In this document: positions 51,195-59,966 of the stretch, in pieces
Position numbering within the stretch: position 1 is the stretch's first letter
Layout: each line of letters starts with the position of its first letter
NCBI GenBank assembly: GCA_014729085.1
Contig: WJKM01000006.1
Location: 16,152-80,151 of the forward strand
Direction of reading: 5' to 3'
DNA length: 64,000 nt
Origin: Candidatus Dojkabacteria bacterium
Lineage (GTDB): Bacteria; Patescibacteriota; Dojkabacteria; B142; WJKM01
Program-made: the position numbers and the translations under genes
Notes under the pieces: generated by a model
Told to the model about the DNA's origin: nothing
Seen by the model: only the letters and a program-made list of their open reading frames with translations
The model's database searches: none

Positions 51195-52352
51195 ATGACA
51201 GAGTTCGAAAGAACAATTACAGAAGAAGAACCTCAACCAGAAGAAAGAAAGACATTAGGGCAGAAAGCGAAGGAATTTTTAGATAAAAACATGGCTAAAT
51301 TCCTTGGTGTTGCAGCAGTTGCCGGTCTTGGTGTTGCAGAATACTACGATCTTTTCGGAGTGGATTTTACTAGTTTTGATGAGGTTGCACTTCGCGGAGA
51401 ACCCCCCGAACCAGATGCAGAAAATTTATACGACGAGCCTTTTGATTTAGCTGAAGATGCTGAATTTACGGACAGGTTTGCCTATTGGGTAGAGCATTTC
51501 TGGCAACTTAATCCCTTTAAAACGCCAGTTGCAGCGGAACCTTTGCCAGATGGCTTTTCTGATAGTTTTGATGTAGAGATTGAAGGAAATGATAATTTTA
51601 ACGATATATTCCCAAAGACAGAAGATTATGAAGATTTTGAAGAACGGTTCAGCCAATACCTGGAAGATATCTATGAAGGTTTGGAGGATCAATATCAGAA
51701 TGAATATACATCCGCAGAAAGAGCAGCGAAAGCAGCAGGACAGACACTTGACGATGAGACTATTGAGGAGATGAGGGAAACATATATTTGGGGTCAGGAA
51801 TTAGTGCATGATTTTAGGAATGTTAATTCGGTTGAAGACTTCCGGAGTTTTCTTGATGATCTACCTGCGAGCATGATTAAGGATATGGGGAATTCGATTC
51901 CTGAGATATATAGGCTAGGATTGGTAAGCGATGAGCAGTTGAATCAAATTGCCCAGGAGGCTGCTTCTGCATCCTCCACCTTTGGCGGACCAGATCAAAT
52001 TCCGCAACTTCAATATGAGGCTTTTGAGGGACTCAGACAGGTTGGGCGATTTGATGAAGATGCAGATGTTCAAAGATTTTTATATCATCTTTCCGGAACT
52101 ATTGATACGGAACTGCCACCAGGAGACCAAACTGGATCAGAATTTGACCAATTTGATGCCTTTTCAAGCTTGCTGAGAGCCAATAACGAAGATGATGTAG
52201 AGCAGGTTTTACAAGGAGTTGTAAGTCAACTTAAGAGTCAGGATAATTATGGTGGCATATTACATGAATACGAATTTCTTCGAGAATATTTAGGTCTGAC
52301 ACCTGAGGAGTTAGAATTTTTATATCCTTCAGAAAGTGAATCAACCACATAA
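51195..52352 (+). CDS. Acidic protein, paralog family member
   Basis: N-terminal KEFLDKNMAKFLGVAAVAGLGVAEYYD. 385 aa, very acidic. Confidence 0.5.
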   Translation: MTEFERTITEEEPQPEERKTLGQKAKEFLDKNMAKFLGVAAVAGLGVAEYYDLFGVDFTSFDEVALRGEPPEPDAENLYDEPFDLAEDAEFTDRFAYWVEHFWQLNPFKTPVAAEPLPDGFSDSFDVEIEGNDNFNDIFPKTEDYEDFEERFSQYLEDIYEGLEDQYQNEYTSAERAAKAAGQTLDDETIEEMRETYIWGQELVHDFRNVNSVEDFRSFLDDLPASMIKDMGNSIPEIYRLGLVSDEQLNQIAQEAASASSTFGGPDQIPQLQYEAFEGLRQVGRFDEDADVQRFLYHLSGTIDTELPPGDQTGSEFDQFDAFSSLLRANNEDDVEQVLQGVVSQLKSQDNYGGILHEYEFLREYLGLTPEELEFLYPSESESTT

Positions 52353-52460
52353 TTTTTGTTTCTATATAGTAATAATATTTGTCACAGCCCTTTCTATATC
52401 CTTATAGTTTTTGATATAATCACCACATCAAAATTTTTTAAATAAACTCAGGGCAGGTTA

Positions 52461-52489
52461 TTGACCTTTTTACAATCTTATAGTATAAT
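52461..52489 (+). promoter_or_regulatory. Consensus sigma70-like promoter TTGACC-17-TATAAT containing the ATCTTATAG box
   Basis: ttgacctttttacaatcttatagtataat read directly, about 40 nt upstream of the 52530 ORF. Nearly identical -10 region to the 44702 promoter. Confidence 0.55.
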
Positions 52490-52529
52490 TTATCAATTGT
52501 TTATACTTATTTATTAGTTACATACTAAA

Positions 52530-52751
52530 ATGGAACAACAACCACAAGAACCAGGATTTTTAGAAAAAGCATGGAATTGGGCTAAAGATAATTCAACTTT
52601 GCTTCTTTCTATTGTTGGGGCAACTTTGGCAGCAGATGCTGTAAACCTAACTGACATGTGGCCAAACTTTGGAGAAGAAGATGCAGATGATCCAGTTGCT
52701 AGAATTGAAGCTCTTGATTTCTGGGGAAGACCAGAAGATGCTGATGCTTAA
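52530..52751 (+). CDS. Small acidic protein, paralog family member
   Basis: FLEKAWNWAKDNSTLLLSIVGATLAADAVNLTDMWPNF then acidic tail. Confidence 0.5.
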   Translation: MEQQPQEPGFLEKAWNWAKDNSTLLLSIVGATLAADAVNLTDMWPNFGEEDADDPVARIEALDFWGRPEDADA

Positions 52752-52791
52752 TTTTTAATATTTAATAATTTAATTTTGAAATTTTAATATT

Positions 52792-53514
52792 ATGGCAGAT
52801 TATCCAGAACAAAGACCTTCGACCTTAGAGAGAATAGGTGACTGGGTTAATAGAAACAAGGAGGCATTGCTTCTAACCCTTGGTGGTTTGATGACTTCAG
52901 AAGCTATCAATCTTACAAATATAGTACCTGATGATTTTATTAGAAATGCTGTAGAGAATCAGTGGGGTGAAGACGCCTTCATTGATGAGGATCCAATTTT
53001 AGATTGGTTTCCTGAGGATGATTGGGATAGTTTTCAGATTTTTCCTAATATCAATTCTCCTTGGGACAGTGACATTGTTCCTGTTAATAGGGCAGAAAAG
53101 AATTATTATACAAATGCATTCTCGACAGTCGTCGAAAACCAATTCACTGGGGATGATGCAGACGATATAGCCCAAGAAATTGAGGGCTACACTGATGACG
53201 CTCTTGAGTTGGTAATCAATGATAACCCAGATGCACTTGGTACTGCTATAAGTGGTCTGACTGATGTTGATAATCTAGCCGAATATAGAACTTGGGTTGA
53301 AAATTTACCTGATGAGTATGAGGAAGAGTTTACAGCAGCTCTTGCAAGACGAGCACCTGAATCTTTAGAGTTACTTACAGATCAACAAGTTGTAGATCTT
53401 GCAGATGAGTTGTTTGGGGATGAAAGTAGTGAGGTCGAGGATATGGAAAGCGAAGGCGGGTTAGCAGATCAGGCAGAGTTCATAAGGGATGAAGCTATGG
53501 AAGATTTTGATTAG
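52792..53514 (+). CDS. Acidic protein, paralog family member
   Basis: LERIGDWVNRNKEALLLTLGGLMTSEAINLTNIVPDDF aligns with the 52530 N-terminus. Acidic, Trp-rich. Confidence 0.5.
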   Translation: MADYPEQRPSTLERIGDWVNRNKEALLLTLGGLMTSEAINLTNIVPDDFIRNAVENQWGEDAFIDEDPILDWFPEDDWDSFQIFPNINSPWDSDIVPVNRAEKNYYTNAFSTVVENQFTGDDADDIAQEIEGYTDDALELVINDNPDALGTAISGLTDVDNLAEYRTWVENLPDEYEEEFTAALARRAPESLELLTDQQVVDLADELFGDESSEVEDMESEGGLADQAEFIRDEAMEDFD

Positions 53515-53549
53515 AAAAAGGTCAGATTAGATTCGAATCTGAAATTTAA

Positions 53550-53577
53550 AGAGCAGCAGAAATGCTGCTCTTTTTTT
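53550..53577 (+). terminator. Intrinsic terminator
   Basis: AGAGCAGCA-gaaa-TGCTGCTCT followed by T7. Confidence 0.8.
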
Positions 53578-53957
53578 GTGTATTTGAGGTTTTTGTTCGA
53601 ACTAGGAATATTGTTGAGCATGTTTTTAGATGTACTCCCTTGATTGTTACTCAAGATTCCGTTTTACGGCCGGAATGATATAGAGAGATCCGTTCCCGAT
53701 CCCCGCTAGTATGCCACATTGATATTGGATATTGGAGGTATGTAAAAAAGCTAAAAATAACATTAAAGGGTCAATACTCTGAATTCTACGTAACCAAGCA
53801 GAAATGAAGTAAGGTTGATGACTTCTTCCTATGTCATTTCTGTGAAAATAGGAATCTTTCGTCGTTTCAGCATTCAGCTTACTTCAATACCGTTTTTTAC
53901 ACGCAAGCTTCTGGCTCTTCGGCCGGAATAAGATGGGGATTGACGATTTTTTATATC

Positions 53958-54133
53958 ATCTCTGTACGCCCATGTCATCCCTGTATCCCCATGTCATCTA
54001 TATAGCCCCTATGCCATCCCTGTTTTTTTATATCATCCCTGCTTTTTATGTCATCCCTGTTTTTTTTTATGTCCTCCCTATTTTTTTGTCATCCCTGTTT
54101 TTTTATGTCATCCCTGCGAAAGCAGGGATCTAC
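53958..54133. repeat. Tandem array of ~8 copies of a 12-bp unit ATGTCATCCCTG separated by 6-9 nt T-tracts (period ~20 bp), ending in a hairpin TCCCTGC-gaaa-GCAGGGA
   Basis: Read directly: catgtcatccctg..atgtcatc..atgccatccctg ttttttt atatcatccctg cttttt atgtcatccctg ttttttttt atgtcctcccta ttttttt gtcatccctg ttttttt atgtcatccctg cgaaagcaggga. The ORF 53933..54199 in the track is a translation artefact of this array. Confidence 0.75.
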
Positions 54134-54266
54134 CCAGCTTTAACACTCATTTTTCCCCAAGGAATATTAATTGACATATTTCATTTGGCAGAATTATAAC
54201 CTATGAGTCAATGGTTATATAAATTCTGATATAATTTTTTTGATTTTACTTATAATTTTTGGAGTA

Positions 54267-54512
54267 ATGCCTGAGGAACAAACAGTTCTTCCAGAAAGCC
54301 AAAGGACAAGAGACAGCCTAAAAGATAAACTTCTTTTTGCAACAGGTGTAGCTCTAGGTCTATTAACTCATGTTCCCGAGCTGTTAATATCAGGAGCTGC
54401 AGTTACTGGGGGACTATATTTAGCAGGGAAGCTCACAGGAGTAATACCTGAGGATCAGGATTTTAAAACAACAGTAAGGCGGGCTTCGGATGCAATAAAA
54501 GAAACATTGTAA
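54267..54512 (+). CDS. Small protein with central hydrophobic helix (ORF opens 54240; likely start ATG 54267)
   Basis: LLFATGVALGLLTHVPELLISGAAVTGGLYLAGKL. A TGaTATAAT extended -10 sits about 35 nt upstream (54224..54232). Confidence 0.4.
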   Translation: MPEEQTVLPESQRTRDSLKDKLLFATGVALGLLTHVPELLISGAAVTGGLYLAGKLTGVIPEDQDFKTTVRRASDAIKETL

Positions 54513-54644
54513 CAATTTGCAGTTTCTCTACCTTTCTTTTGTTCTGTTTAAGGTACTGTGGTATTATGAATTAAATCAATTTAATATTGATTGTTTATCG
54601 ATTTATATATAGAATAGATAGAATAAGTTTTTATTTGCACTTTA

Positions 54645-54968
54645 TTGTCGGAAACTTTAAATGAAACTGTAAAAAATAACTGGTTTCCTGTGCTTTTAGG
54701 ATTTGGTGGAGCATTGGCTGGACTTCATATATCAGGTGCCATGCCAATTGATGTAACTTGGGAATTTTTTGAGAATGCTGGTGAACGAACAGTCGAAGGG
54801 ATTAAGTATATTTTGGATATTGGGAATCAGCCTCATGAAGTTGCTTTAGAAGGAATAGGATCTCTTCCTCCTGATGAAGTTGATGATTTTCTTACTTGGG
54901 ATAGGATGAATGATTTACAAGCAGCATCGGATGAATTGGCTAATGAATTATCTGTTCCTCAACGATAA
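54645..54968 (+). CDS. Small acidic protein, paralog family member
   Basis: NNWFPVLLGFGGALAGLHISGAMPIDVTW N-terminus. Confidence 0.45.
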   Translation: MSETLNETVKNNWFPVLLGFGGALAGLHISGAMPIDVTWEFFENAGERTVEGIKYILDIGNQPHEVALEGIGSLPPDEVDDFLTWDRMNDLQAASDELANELSVPQR

Positions 54969-55004
54969 ATATAATATTTTAATTTTTAATATTAAATAAA
55001 TTCA

Positions 55005-55448
55005 ATGAAAGAATTAAAAGAACTTTTCGGAAAAATTTTAAATCATCTTGGCATTGTTGGTAAAGAAACTGAAGATATTACTAAAACATTTTTTAATCAA
55101 GTGTATGCGATCTTTATTGAAGATGTATTAAAAAAAGAGCTTCCTAAAGAAACATTTGACCGTAGAATCAAGGAGTATCAGGTTTATATAAAAGAGGGAA
55201 AGCATGAATTAGTACACAAGGATGTAAAACACTATATTAAAAAAGATTCCGGAAAATTGTTTGCAAAGGCATTTTTAAAGCATCTTAAATTCTTCGTATA
55301 TGGCTTGAAAGAAAAAGGGGATGTTACTCAAGAACAAATCAAACAGATAGGTGATATTTTGAAAAACCATATACAGGGAAAGCAGGCACTTGATAAAATG
55401 AAGAATAAAGAAAAGGGAAAAGAAGCTTTAAATACTTTGGCAAGCTAA
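55005..55448 (+). CDS. Lysine-rich hypothetical protein
   Basis: 147 aa ORF, K-rich, no motif. Confidence 0.4.
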   Translation: MKELKELFGKILNHLGIVGKETEDITKTFFNQVYAIFIEDVLKKELPKETFDRRIKEYQVYIKEGKHELVHKDVKHYIKKDSGKLFAKAFLKHLKFFVYGLKEKGDVTQEQIKQIGDILKNHIQGKQALDKMKNKEKGKEALNTLAS

Positions 55449-55490
55449 TTAAAACATAATTCAAAAAGTTTGTTTTTTGTTATCTTATAG

Positions 55491-55519
55491 TTTACAAACT
55501 ATAATTAATTTGCTATAAT
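55491..55519 (+). promoter_or_regulatory. Sigma70-like promoter TTTACA-17-TATAAT, preceded by ATCTTATAG box
   Basis: atcttatagtttacaaactataattaatttgctataat read directly. Confidence 0.55.
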
Positions 55520-55548
55520 GGATACATACTAAATAAAAAAGTCAAATA

Positions 55549-55617
55549 ATGAATAAAAAATTGATGCAACAAAACCTACTAAACCTCCTTCTAGTCCTAA
55601 CCGGATTTAGCGGGTAG
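55549..55617 (+). CDS. Leucine-rich leader peptide MNKKLMQQNLLNLLLVLTGFSG (attenuator candidate for paralog A)
   Basis: 22-codon ORF hand-translated. 7 Leu including a LLNLLLVL run (codons CTA CTA AAC CTC CTT CTA GTC CTA). ORF embedded in a long-range stem (TTGATGCAACAA 55561-72 with TTGTTGCATATCAA 55618-31). GCGGG at the ORF end can pair with the CCCGC arm of the downstream terminator. Confidence 0.5.
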   Translation: MNKKLMQQNLLNLLLVLTGFSG

Positions 55618-55650
55618 TTGTTGCATATCAATTAATTTCTCAAAAAATAA

Positions 55651-55674
55651 CACCCGCGAAAAGCGGGTTTTTTT
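55651..55674 (+). terminator. Intrinsic terminator (attenuator) CCCGC-gaaaa-GCGGG plus T7, 110 nt upstream of paralog A
   Basis: acacccgcgaaaagcgggttttttt read directly. Confidence 0.75.
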
Positions 55675-55784
55675 ATTTTAAGAAAATAAAAAAGGTTTGC
55701 CAGAGGCAAGATAGTACCAAAAAGGATTTTTTAGAGAAATTTTTTTATACAAATTAAAAATATTATAAATTTGAAATTCTAATC

Positions 55785-57587
55785 ATGACAGCTGAAGCTC
55801 AAAAAGAAGGATCACAATATACAAAAATTAATTTTGCCAATAATGAGGCTCCTCCAATTACTAGTACGGAAGGATTAAGTAAGTCTCTAGAAACTTACAA
55901 AATGGTACCTGAAGGTTCTATGATACTTGGAAAGCCGGGGGAAACAGGTATAGTAGTTTTGTCTCCTCAGGGCGAAATTGTAGCAACAGCTAGACATCCA
56001 TGGTTTATTCCTTCTTCTTATGATTTTGCCACAAGAAAATCGGAGTTTTATGGACAACAAAACTTGGCTCATTTGGATACCTCTATGGCATTGACTTTGG
56101 AACCTGAGTATTCGAGGCAGAAAGCAGCAGAGATAGTTAGAAGTGTTAAAGAAAATGGAATTTCTCAGACTTCCAAAGAAACTGGTTGTTTCACCATTGG
56201 TATGGAAGAAGAATGCTTGCATTTTGATAAGGATGGGAATCCAAAAGCATTGCCGGTTGACCAGCAAATTGAACTTCAAGATAATGTGAAAGAGATTCCT
56301 TTGGATCCTACAAATGGAGTGGCATCTGAAGCATTGATTGTTGCAGAGAGCCGTTTGAGCGAAATTGCAGAACATTCGGATTCTACAATTAATAGTACAA
56401 GCTTTTCTATATTAGGAAAGCCTGATGAACAGGGTATGAATTCAAGTTCTGATTATATTCATGCAGTTGCTGGGCACATGTTTGAAAATTACTTTTTCCC
56501 CAAAGATAGTGTTGCAGCTCAATATTGGAATAATATTGCTAAAGAAGCTGGATTTACTAATTTTTATGATATGAGAGATCACGTTAAAGATTTAACACCT
56601 TTGACTTTTGTTGCTTCGCATGTAAGCTTAGGTTTACGAACTGAAAAAACGAATGGTTCATATAACATTGGTCTAGAGGAAGGAATTGCTGTTTCTGATA
56701 TGTTTAATTCGAACTTTGCAACAGTTGCGGAATGGATGACTTATTCTACACCGCTTGCGTTTGGGAACAGACCAGGAGTAATAATAAATGGTGAAAAAAG
56801 ATATCCAAAAGATGCAAGGGCTGTCGGAAGGCTTGGTTCTAGAACCTCTCATGCTGGAGATTTTATTTATACTCCTGAAAATTACAAGTCAAGAGCTATA
56901 GAAGCTATAATAAATGGTTCAGCTGATAGGATTGATAGAGCAGCATATACTTCTTATCACGAGGATTTAGACCAGGATATTGCTAGTGTACATGCAAGAG
57001 TAAGATTCCGCGTAACTGGAGGCTCCGGAGAAGATTATTTCCAGAAACCTTTGGGTAGAGTCGAATTTGTAGGTGGAGCAGCTACTCCTGATATTGTTGC
57101 TTTGGTTGCACGAAATGCGATGGTTAAGTTGATGGGAATAGCTGCCTATGAAGCAGTATCAAACGGGCAGCATCCTGCTGATTATTTTAAATACAAATTT
57201 CCAAGTATGGCAGCTTGCGATGAACATATAGATCTTGCTCATGACTATAATTTTTACGGAGCAGATCATCCAAAAGTTGCTGCTTTATTAGAAGAGGCGA
57301 AGTCTTTCTTAAATTATATCCGTCAGGAGTATAATACTGAGGAAATTCAATATTTAGCAGATTTGGCAGAGGTGGGTTTAAATAAATTGGAGGAACCTAC
57401 AAAAGCGAGAAGCTTAGACGAATATTTAGAAGATCCACAAGGGAATATCTCTGATGTAGTAGCTCATATGTGGGAGGATGGCTATTCAGCTAAAGAGATT
57501 GCAGAGGCGGTCGCGGAATTTGAGAAGCAACAATCAGAAAAAATTATTGAAAATAATGGGGATATCTTAAAAATGTTGGAAAAATAA
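55785..57587 (+). CDS. Paralog A of a tandem triplicated ~600 aa enzyme; tentative glutamine-synthetase/GCL-fold carboxylate-amine ligase (GCS2/YbdK-like)
   Basis: Conserved blocks shared by all three paralogs: GxEEE.LHF strand (TIGMEEECLHF), CASHxSLGLR, GRVRFRVTGGSG, GRVEFxGGxATPD. They resemble the metal-binding ExE strand, His region and R-x-R block of GS-fold amide ligases. Assignment is inference only. Confidence 0.6.
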   Translation: MTAEAQKEGSQYTKINFANNEAPPITSTEGLSKSLETYKMVPEGSMILGKPGETGIVVLSPQGEIVATARHPWFIPSSYDFATRKSEFYGQQNLAHLDTSMALTLEPEYSRQKAAEIVRSVKENGISQTSKETGCFTIGMEEECLHFDKDGNPKALPVDQQIELQDNVKEIPLDPTNGVASEALIVAESRLSEIAEHSDSTINSTSFSILGKPDEQGMNSSSDYIHAVAGHMFENYFFPKDSVAAQYWNNIAKEAGFTNFYDMRDHVKDLTPLTFVASHVSLGLRTEKTNGSYNIGLEEGIAVSDMFNSNFATVAEWMTYSTPLAFGNRPGVIINGEKRYPKDARAVGRLGSRTSHAGDFIYTPENYKSRAIEAIINGSADRIDRAAYTSYHEDLDQDIASVHARVRFRVTGGSGEDYFQKPLGRVEFVGGAATPDIVALVARNAMVKLMGIAAYEAVSNGQHPADYFKYKFPSMAACDEHIDLAHDYNFYGADHPKVAALLEEAKSFLNYIRQEYNTEEIQYLADLAEVGLNKLEEPTKARSLDEYLEDPQGNISDVVAHMWEDGYSAKEIAEAVAEFEKQQSEKIIENNGDILKMLEK

Positions 57588-57677
57588 CGAATTAACTGGA
57601 TTTTTTATTAAAAATTTGCATATAATACAGCTGCAAATTTAAGAATTTAGAAATTAAAGCCTGTTTATCTTATAGTG

Positions 57678-57706
57678 TTGACAAATTCTAGAAATTGTAA
57701 TATAAT
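57678..57706 (+). promoter_or_regulatory. Consensus sigma70-like promoter TTGACA-17-TATAAT preceded by ATCTTATAG box
   Basis: atcttatagtgttgacaaattctagaaattgtaatataat read directly. Confidence 0.55.
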
Positions 57707-57742
57707 AAGAATATAATAAATTTAATATAAAATTTTTTTATA

Positions 57743-57787
57743 ATGAGAAAGAATTTCTTACTTGACAGCGTGATTATTATCCCTTAA
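57743..57787 (+). CDS. Ile/Leu-rich leader peptide MRKNFLLDSVIIIP (attenuator candidate for paralog B)
   Basis: 14-codon ORF with GTG ATT ATT ATC run. ORF end CCCTTAA can pair with TTAGGG. GGGGT (57793-97) can pair with the ACCCC arm of the terminator (antiterminator alternative). Confidence 0.45.
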   Translation: MRKNFLLDSVIIIP

Positions 57788-57829
57788 CCTTAGGGGTAGA
57801 TTTTGCTATCTAGTAAGAAATCAGATTTA

Positions 57830-57852
57830 CCCCGAGACATCGGGGATTTTTT
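57830..57852 (+). terminator. Intrinsic terminator (attenuator) CCCCG-agacat-CGGGG plus T6 upstream of paralog B
   Basis: accccgagacatcggggatttttt read directly. Confidence 0.75.
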
Positions 57853-57887
57853 ATATTTATAGAATTTTTAATTTTAATTAAATTACC

Positions 57888-59717
57888 ATGACAACAGAAG
57901 GTAGACCAGAACAGGATAATGGTACCAAAGCAACGAAGGTAAACTTTGCAGTATCTGGCGAACCCATAAACAGCAAGGGAGAGTTAGAATCTTCCTTAAT
58001 GGGGTATGAAATGGTTCCTAAATTCACTACACTTGGAGAACCCGGTAAGACTGGTCTTGCTGTTGTTTTTAATGGAACCGTAGTTTCTGCGATTCGACAT
58101 CCCAAACTTATTCCCTCTTCTTATGATCCTAAGACTAATGAAGTGGAATATTATGGTAAACAAAGCTATAACCATCTGGAAACGTCAATGGCAGAGGCTC
58201 TGGGGGTTGAATATTCACAGGAAATGGCTTCTCGTTTATTACAGCAAATAAAAGAAAAGGGTATAAGGCAAGTTGCCGAAACAACAGGGTTTGGAAAGGT
58301 AGGTATAGAAGAAGAAGCACTGCATTTCAATGCATTTGGAGAGCCATTTAAATTAGATGATGATGAGCAAGTTGAAGTTCAAGATAACGTAAAAGAAGTT
58401 GCGTTATCTCCTTCTCTTGATGTTTTTGACCAAGCTGTGAAAGTTGCTGAAAGCAGAATCACCGAAGCTGAGAAACGTCCTGAAAATATAGTAACAAGTA
58501 CTAGTTTTAGTATGCTTACAACACCGGATGGTATGAGAATGAATTCAAGTGAAATAAATGATATTGGTGCATATGTTAATGCAATAACAACATATATGGT
58601 TGATAATTATTTTTCCCCTAATGATCCGGTTGTTCAAACGTACTGGGACAGCATTGCAAAATCTGCTGGATATGAAGATTTCTATGATTTAAAAGATACG
58701 GTTGGAAATTTATCACCTTTAGCATTTTGTGCATCTCATGCAAGTTTAGGCCTCAGGTCTGAACGTGTGGATGGAAGCTGGGCAATAGGGCTTGAAGAGG
58801 GAATAGCTGTATCTGACATGTTTAATTCAGATTTTGGCACTTTACTTGAATGGATGACGTATTCAACGCCAATAGCGTTTGGGGAAAGATTAGGTACAGA
58901 GGTTGATGGCGAAATAAAATATCCAAAAGATGCAAGAGCAGTTGCAAGACTTGCCTCACGTACAACCTATCCTGGTGATTTTTTGCGAACACCTGAGGAA
59001 TTTAGAAATAGAATTGTTAATAATATGATAAATGGAGTTGCTGATCGAATGGATAGAGCAGCTTATATGCATTATCACGATGATTTGGGTGAAGATGTTG
59101 CTTGCGCGCACGGACGGGTGAGATTCAGAGTAACCGGAGGTTCCGGAAAAGATAAATTCTCCAACCAGTTAGGTAGAGTTGAGTTTACAGGCGGACCCGC
59201 CACTCCAGATATGATAGCCCTGATCTCTAGAGATGCAATGTTGAAACTTATGGGAATAGCAGCATACGAAGCGGTTGCTCACGGAGTACATCCAAGCAAC
59301 TACTTTAAGACTAGATTTCCCAGCATGGCTACATGCAATGAGCATATAGAGCTTGCGCATGCCTATAATTTCGAAGGTCATGAGCACCCTAAGGTTGCAA
59401 ACTTGTTAGCTGAAGGACAAAGCTTCTTAGATTATATGAAGAGAGAATACCCTAATGCAGAAATTGAATACTTGGTAGAATTAGCTCAGTTAGGGCTTAA
59501 TAAATTATCAGAAAGTACTGAAGCAAGAACGTTAGAAGAGTACTTAGATGATCCAAAAGGAAATATATCCGATGTTATGAGTCATATGTGGGAAGATGGT
59601 TATTCAGCATTAGAGATAGCAGAAGCCGTTGCAGATTTTGAAAGAAAGCAATCTCATAAGGTTTTGGAGCATGGTGGGGATATATTAGGTATGGTAAAAA
59701 ATAATCGAGACACTTAA
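57888..59717 (+). CDS. Paralog B of the triplicated ~600 aa enzyme (tentative GS/GCL-fold ligase)
   Basis: Same conserved blocks (VGIEEEALHF, LAFCASHASLGLR, HGRVRFRVTGGSG, GRVEFTGGPATPD). Confidence 0.6.
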   Translation: MTTEGRPEQDNGTKATKVNFAVSGEPINSKGELESSLMGYEMVPKFTTLGEPGKTGLAVVFNGTVVSAIRHPKLIPSSYDPKTNEVEYYGKQSYNHLETSMAEALGVEYSQEMASRLLQQIKEKGIRQVAETTGFGKVGIEEEALHFNAFGEPFKLDDDEQVEVQDNVKEVALSPSLDVFDQAVKVAESRITEAEKRPENIVTSTSFSMLTTPDGMRMNSSEINDIGAYVNAITTYMVDNYFSPNDPVVQTYWDSIAKSAGYEDFYDLKDTVGNLSPLAFCASHASLGLRSERVDGSWAIGLEEGIAVSDMFNSDFGTLLEWMTYSTPIAFGERLGTEVDGEIKYPKDARAVARLASRTTYPGDFLRTPEEFRNRIVNNMINGVADRMDRAAYMHYHDDLGEDVACAHGRVRFRVTGGSGKDKFSNQLGRVEFTGGPATPDMIALISRDAMLKLMGIAAYEAVAHGVHPSNYFKTRFPSMATCNEHIELAHAYNFEGHEHPKVANLLAEGQSFLDYMKREYPNAEIEYLVELAQLGLNKLSESTEARTLEEYLDDPKGNISDVMSHMWEDGYSALEIAEAVADFERKQSHKVLEHGGDILGMVKNNRDT

Positions 59718-59749
59718 GATCAATTAGTAAGTTATTTATAATAAGAAAA

Positions 59750-59815
59750 ATGAATCAAATATTTTTAAATAACAATGTAGTGGTGGTGGTTGAACCTCGC
59801 TTAAGCGGCGGCTAG
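59750..59815 (+). CDS. Valine-rich leader peptide MNQIFLNNNVVVVVEPRLSGG (attenuator candidate for paralog C)
   Basis: 21-codon ORF with five consecutive Val codons (GTA GTG GTG GTG GTT). CGCTTAAGCG hairpin, and GGCGG at the ORF end complementary to the CCGCC arm of the downstream terminator. Confidence 0.5.
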   Translation: MNQIFLNNNVVVVVEPRLSGG

Positions 59816-59847
59816 ATCCTGCATGCATTGTTTACTGAATAATCTAT

Positions 59848-59871
59848 ACCCGCCAAAAGGCGGGTTTTTTT
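59848..59871 (+). terminator. Intrinsic terminator (attenuator) CCCGCC-aaaa-GGCGGG plus T8 upstream of paralog C
   Basis: acccgccaaaaggcgggttttttt read directly. Confidence 0.75.
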
Positions 59872-59966
59872 GTTTGTAACAAGTTAAATCCTGCCACCTG
59901 CCAGAGGAAAGGGATAAGATTTACTTTACAACTTTATCAGTTTTTTAAATTTTAAAACTAAATAAT

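Noticed and set aside
53958-54133. Possible CRISPR array
   Set aside because: Repeat unit is only 12 bp with 6-9 nt homopolymeric T spacers. No unique spacers and no cas genes nearby. Does not meet CRISPR architecture.
53933-54199. 88-aa ORF (MGIDDFLYHLCTPMSSLYPHVIYIAPMPSLFFYI...) in the ORF track
   Set aside because: It is a translation of the ATGTCATCCCTG/T-tract tandem repeat array. Periodic low-complexity peptide with no gene context, so treated as non-coding repeat.
55527-55674. Independent small RNA (promoter to terminator, ~150 nt) rather than an attenuator
   Set aside because: The element contains a Leu-rich short ORF and terminator/antiterminator complementarity directly upstream of a co-oriented gene. 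The same layout repeats twice more with Ile- and Val-rich ORFs. Attenuator leader is the more economical reading, though an sRNA by-product is not excluded.
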